Positions 16,552-17,835 of a DNA stretch of 17,835 bases are shown here, in pieces; the stretch's first letter is position 1; each line of letters starts with the position of its first letter. The notes beneath the pieces were generated by a model. That model did no database searches. It was not told where the DNA came from and saw only the letters and a program-made list of their open reading frames with translations. The position numbers and the translations under genes are program-made. This DNA is from Candidatus Eiseniibacteriota bacterium (lineage in GTDB: Bacteria; Eisenbacteria; RBG-16-71-46; JABDJR01; JAWXBZ01): positions 1 through 17,835 of the forward strand of contig JAWXBZ010000017.1 of NCBI GenBank assembly GCA_034440375.1, in the 5' to 3' direction.

Positions 16552-17817
16552 ATGAACCGCGTGACCATCAGAACCATTAAAAGCGCCGCCGCCCTTGGCC
16601 TGTGCCTGGCGTCCATCCTGGCGATTTCCCTCACCCCCGTCCCGGGCAGCGCCTCGAAAGGTGAGGCACTGCGACATGGTCGTTCCGCATGGGTCAAGCG
16701 CGACCAGCTCATGTCCGCGGCCCGCATCCAGCGCACGGTGGATGACGCCGCCGCCGCCGGTTTGAATGTCCTCTTCGTCCAGGTGCGCGGCCTCGGTGAT
16801 GCCTGGTACGAATCCGATCTGGCCCCCAAGGCCCACCAGATAGCCAACATGAAATTTGAGGACGGCACGCCCATGGATCCGCTGGATATCCTGATCCGGC
16901 GGGCCCACGCCCGGGGCATCGAAGTCCACGCCTGGCTCAACGTCTTCATGGTCTGGCAGGGAGATGCTGATCCCAAGCAGTCGGATCATGTCATGACACG
17001 ACACCCCGATTGGGTAGCCGTGGATGCCAGGGGACGTTCGATGGCCGACTACACCATGGCCGAACTCCAGGCAGCCCGCACCGAAGGCGTCTTCCTGGCC
17101 TCTGGCAATCTCGCCGTGCGAAAGCACCTCACCGCCACCGCCATCGAACTGGCCGAGCGCTACCCCGTCGACGGCATCCATCTCGATTACATCCGAAATC
17201 CCCTCATCGAAACCGGCTTCGACAAAGTCACCCGCGCCGGCTTCCTGGCCGAAAAGGGGATTGACCCCTGGAAGCTGCGCAACGCCTCGGAAACCCTCCG
17301 CGCCCGCTTCGGCGCCGAGGGCCTGAAGCAACTGGAAGCCGACTGGAAAACATGGCGCGCCGACCAGGTCACCCGGCTCGTGCGCGATATCCGCACCGGC
17401 CTCAATGAACTCGATCGCCCCGTCGTCCTCTCCGCCGCCGTCTTCCCCAACTGCGAATACGCCCCACGCGATGTCGGCCAGGACTGGATGGCCTGGTGCC
17501 AGGAAGGCCTGCTCGACCTGGTAGTCCCCATGATGTACAGCCCCAAGACCCCCACCGTCATGAACCAGTTGATGCTGGCCCAGAAGACCATGCCGCTAAA
17601 CGTCGTCGTCTACGCCGGCCTCGCCGTCTACAACCAGCCACTGACCTCCGTCGTCGACAAAGCCCGCCGCCTCCAAACCGCCGGCATCAACGGCATCTGC
17701 TTCTTCCCCTACGACACGCTGGCCGAAAAGCCCGGCTCCCTCCAGCGCCTCGCCACCGCCTGCTTCGGCGGCATTCAAACCAGCAACCAAACCAAACGCC
17801 CCACCATCGCCCGCTGA
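16552..17817 (+). CDS. Secreted glycoside hydrolase-like family 10 protein (GHL10/DUF187, YddW/DigH-like TIM barrel)
   Basis: N-terminal basic plus hydrophobic signal peptide. Family motifs recognised by eye: AGLNVLFVQVRG.GDAWYES, AHARGIEVHAWLN, HPDW, RYPVDGIHLDYIR, SAAVF and QDW..W...G.LD..VPMMY. Confidence 0.85.
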   Translation: MNRVTIRTIKSAAALGLCLASILAISLTPVPGSASKGEALRHGRSAWVKRDQLMSAARIQRTVDDAAAAGLNVLFVQVRGLGDAWYESDLAPKAHQIANMKFEDGTPMDPLDILIRRAHARGIEVHAWLNVFMVWQGDADPKQSDHVMTRHPDWVAVDARGRSMADYTMAELQAARTEGVFLASGNLAVRKHLTATAIELAERYPVDGIHLDYIRNPLIETGFDKVTRAGFLAEKGIDPWKLRNASETLRARFGAEGLKQLEADWKTWRADQVTRLVRDIRTGLNELDRPVVLSAAVFPNCEYAPRDVGQDWMAWCQEGLLDLVVPMMYSPKTPTVMNQLMLAQKTMPLNVVVYAGLAVYNQPLTSVVDKARRLQTAGINGICFFPYDTLAEKPGSLQRLATACFGGIQTSNQTKRPTIAR

Positions 17818-17835
17818 TCCAAACCCCCTCAATCC

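Noticed and set aside
16552..16605. Lipoprotein signal at LGLC in the GHL10 protein
   Set aside because: The residue before Cys is Leu rather than G/A/S, and the hydrophobic stretch continues past the Cys. A standard Sec signal is more likely.
16465..17331. 288-aa antisense ORF over the GHL10 gene
   Set aside because: It is the antisense shadow of a well-supported CDS and has no motif.
1..17835. CRISPR arrays, IS/integrase, tRNA/rRNA genes, frameshifts, recoding or a novel multi-gene system
   Set aside because: None were seen. Nearly all bases are explained by intact conserved genes, all three stop codons are used normally, and the spacers are short.

Overview
This window is a core housekeeping locus from a GC-rich bacterium, with all genes on the + strand. 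It opens with the 3' end of tuf, followed by the complete, unbroken S10-spc-alpha ribosomal protein cluster: rpsJ rplC rplD rplW rplB rpsS rplV rpsC rplP rpmC rpsQ rplN rplX rplE rpsN rpsH rplF rplR rpsE rpmD rplO secY adk map infA rpmJ rpsM rpsK rpsD rpoA rplQ. An intrinsic terminator follows, then a gene for a secreted GHL10/DUF187 (YddW/DigH-like) glycoside hydrolase that appears to be leaderless. I see no mobile element, CRISPR array, tRNA/rRNA gene or new multi-gene system. Two things merit a second look. First, charged low-complexity C-terminal extensions, above all a polyproline linker plus strongly acidic tail on RpoA, and basic tails on L17 and L22. Second, structured intergenic spacers (rpsJ-rplC, rplW-rplB, rpsN-rpsH, rpsK-rpsD, rpsD-rpoA), some with SD/anti-SD alternative pairings that could be undescribed ribosomal-protein leader RNAs. 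All structures were folded by eye, not computed.
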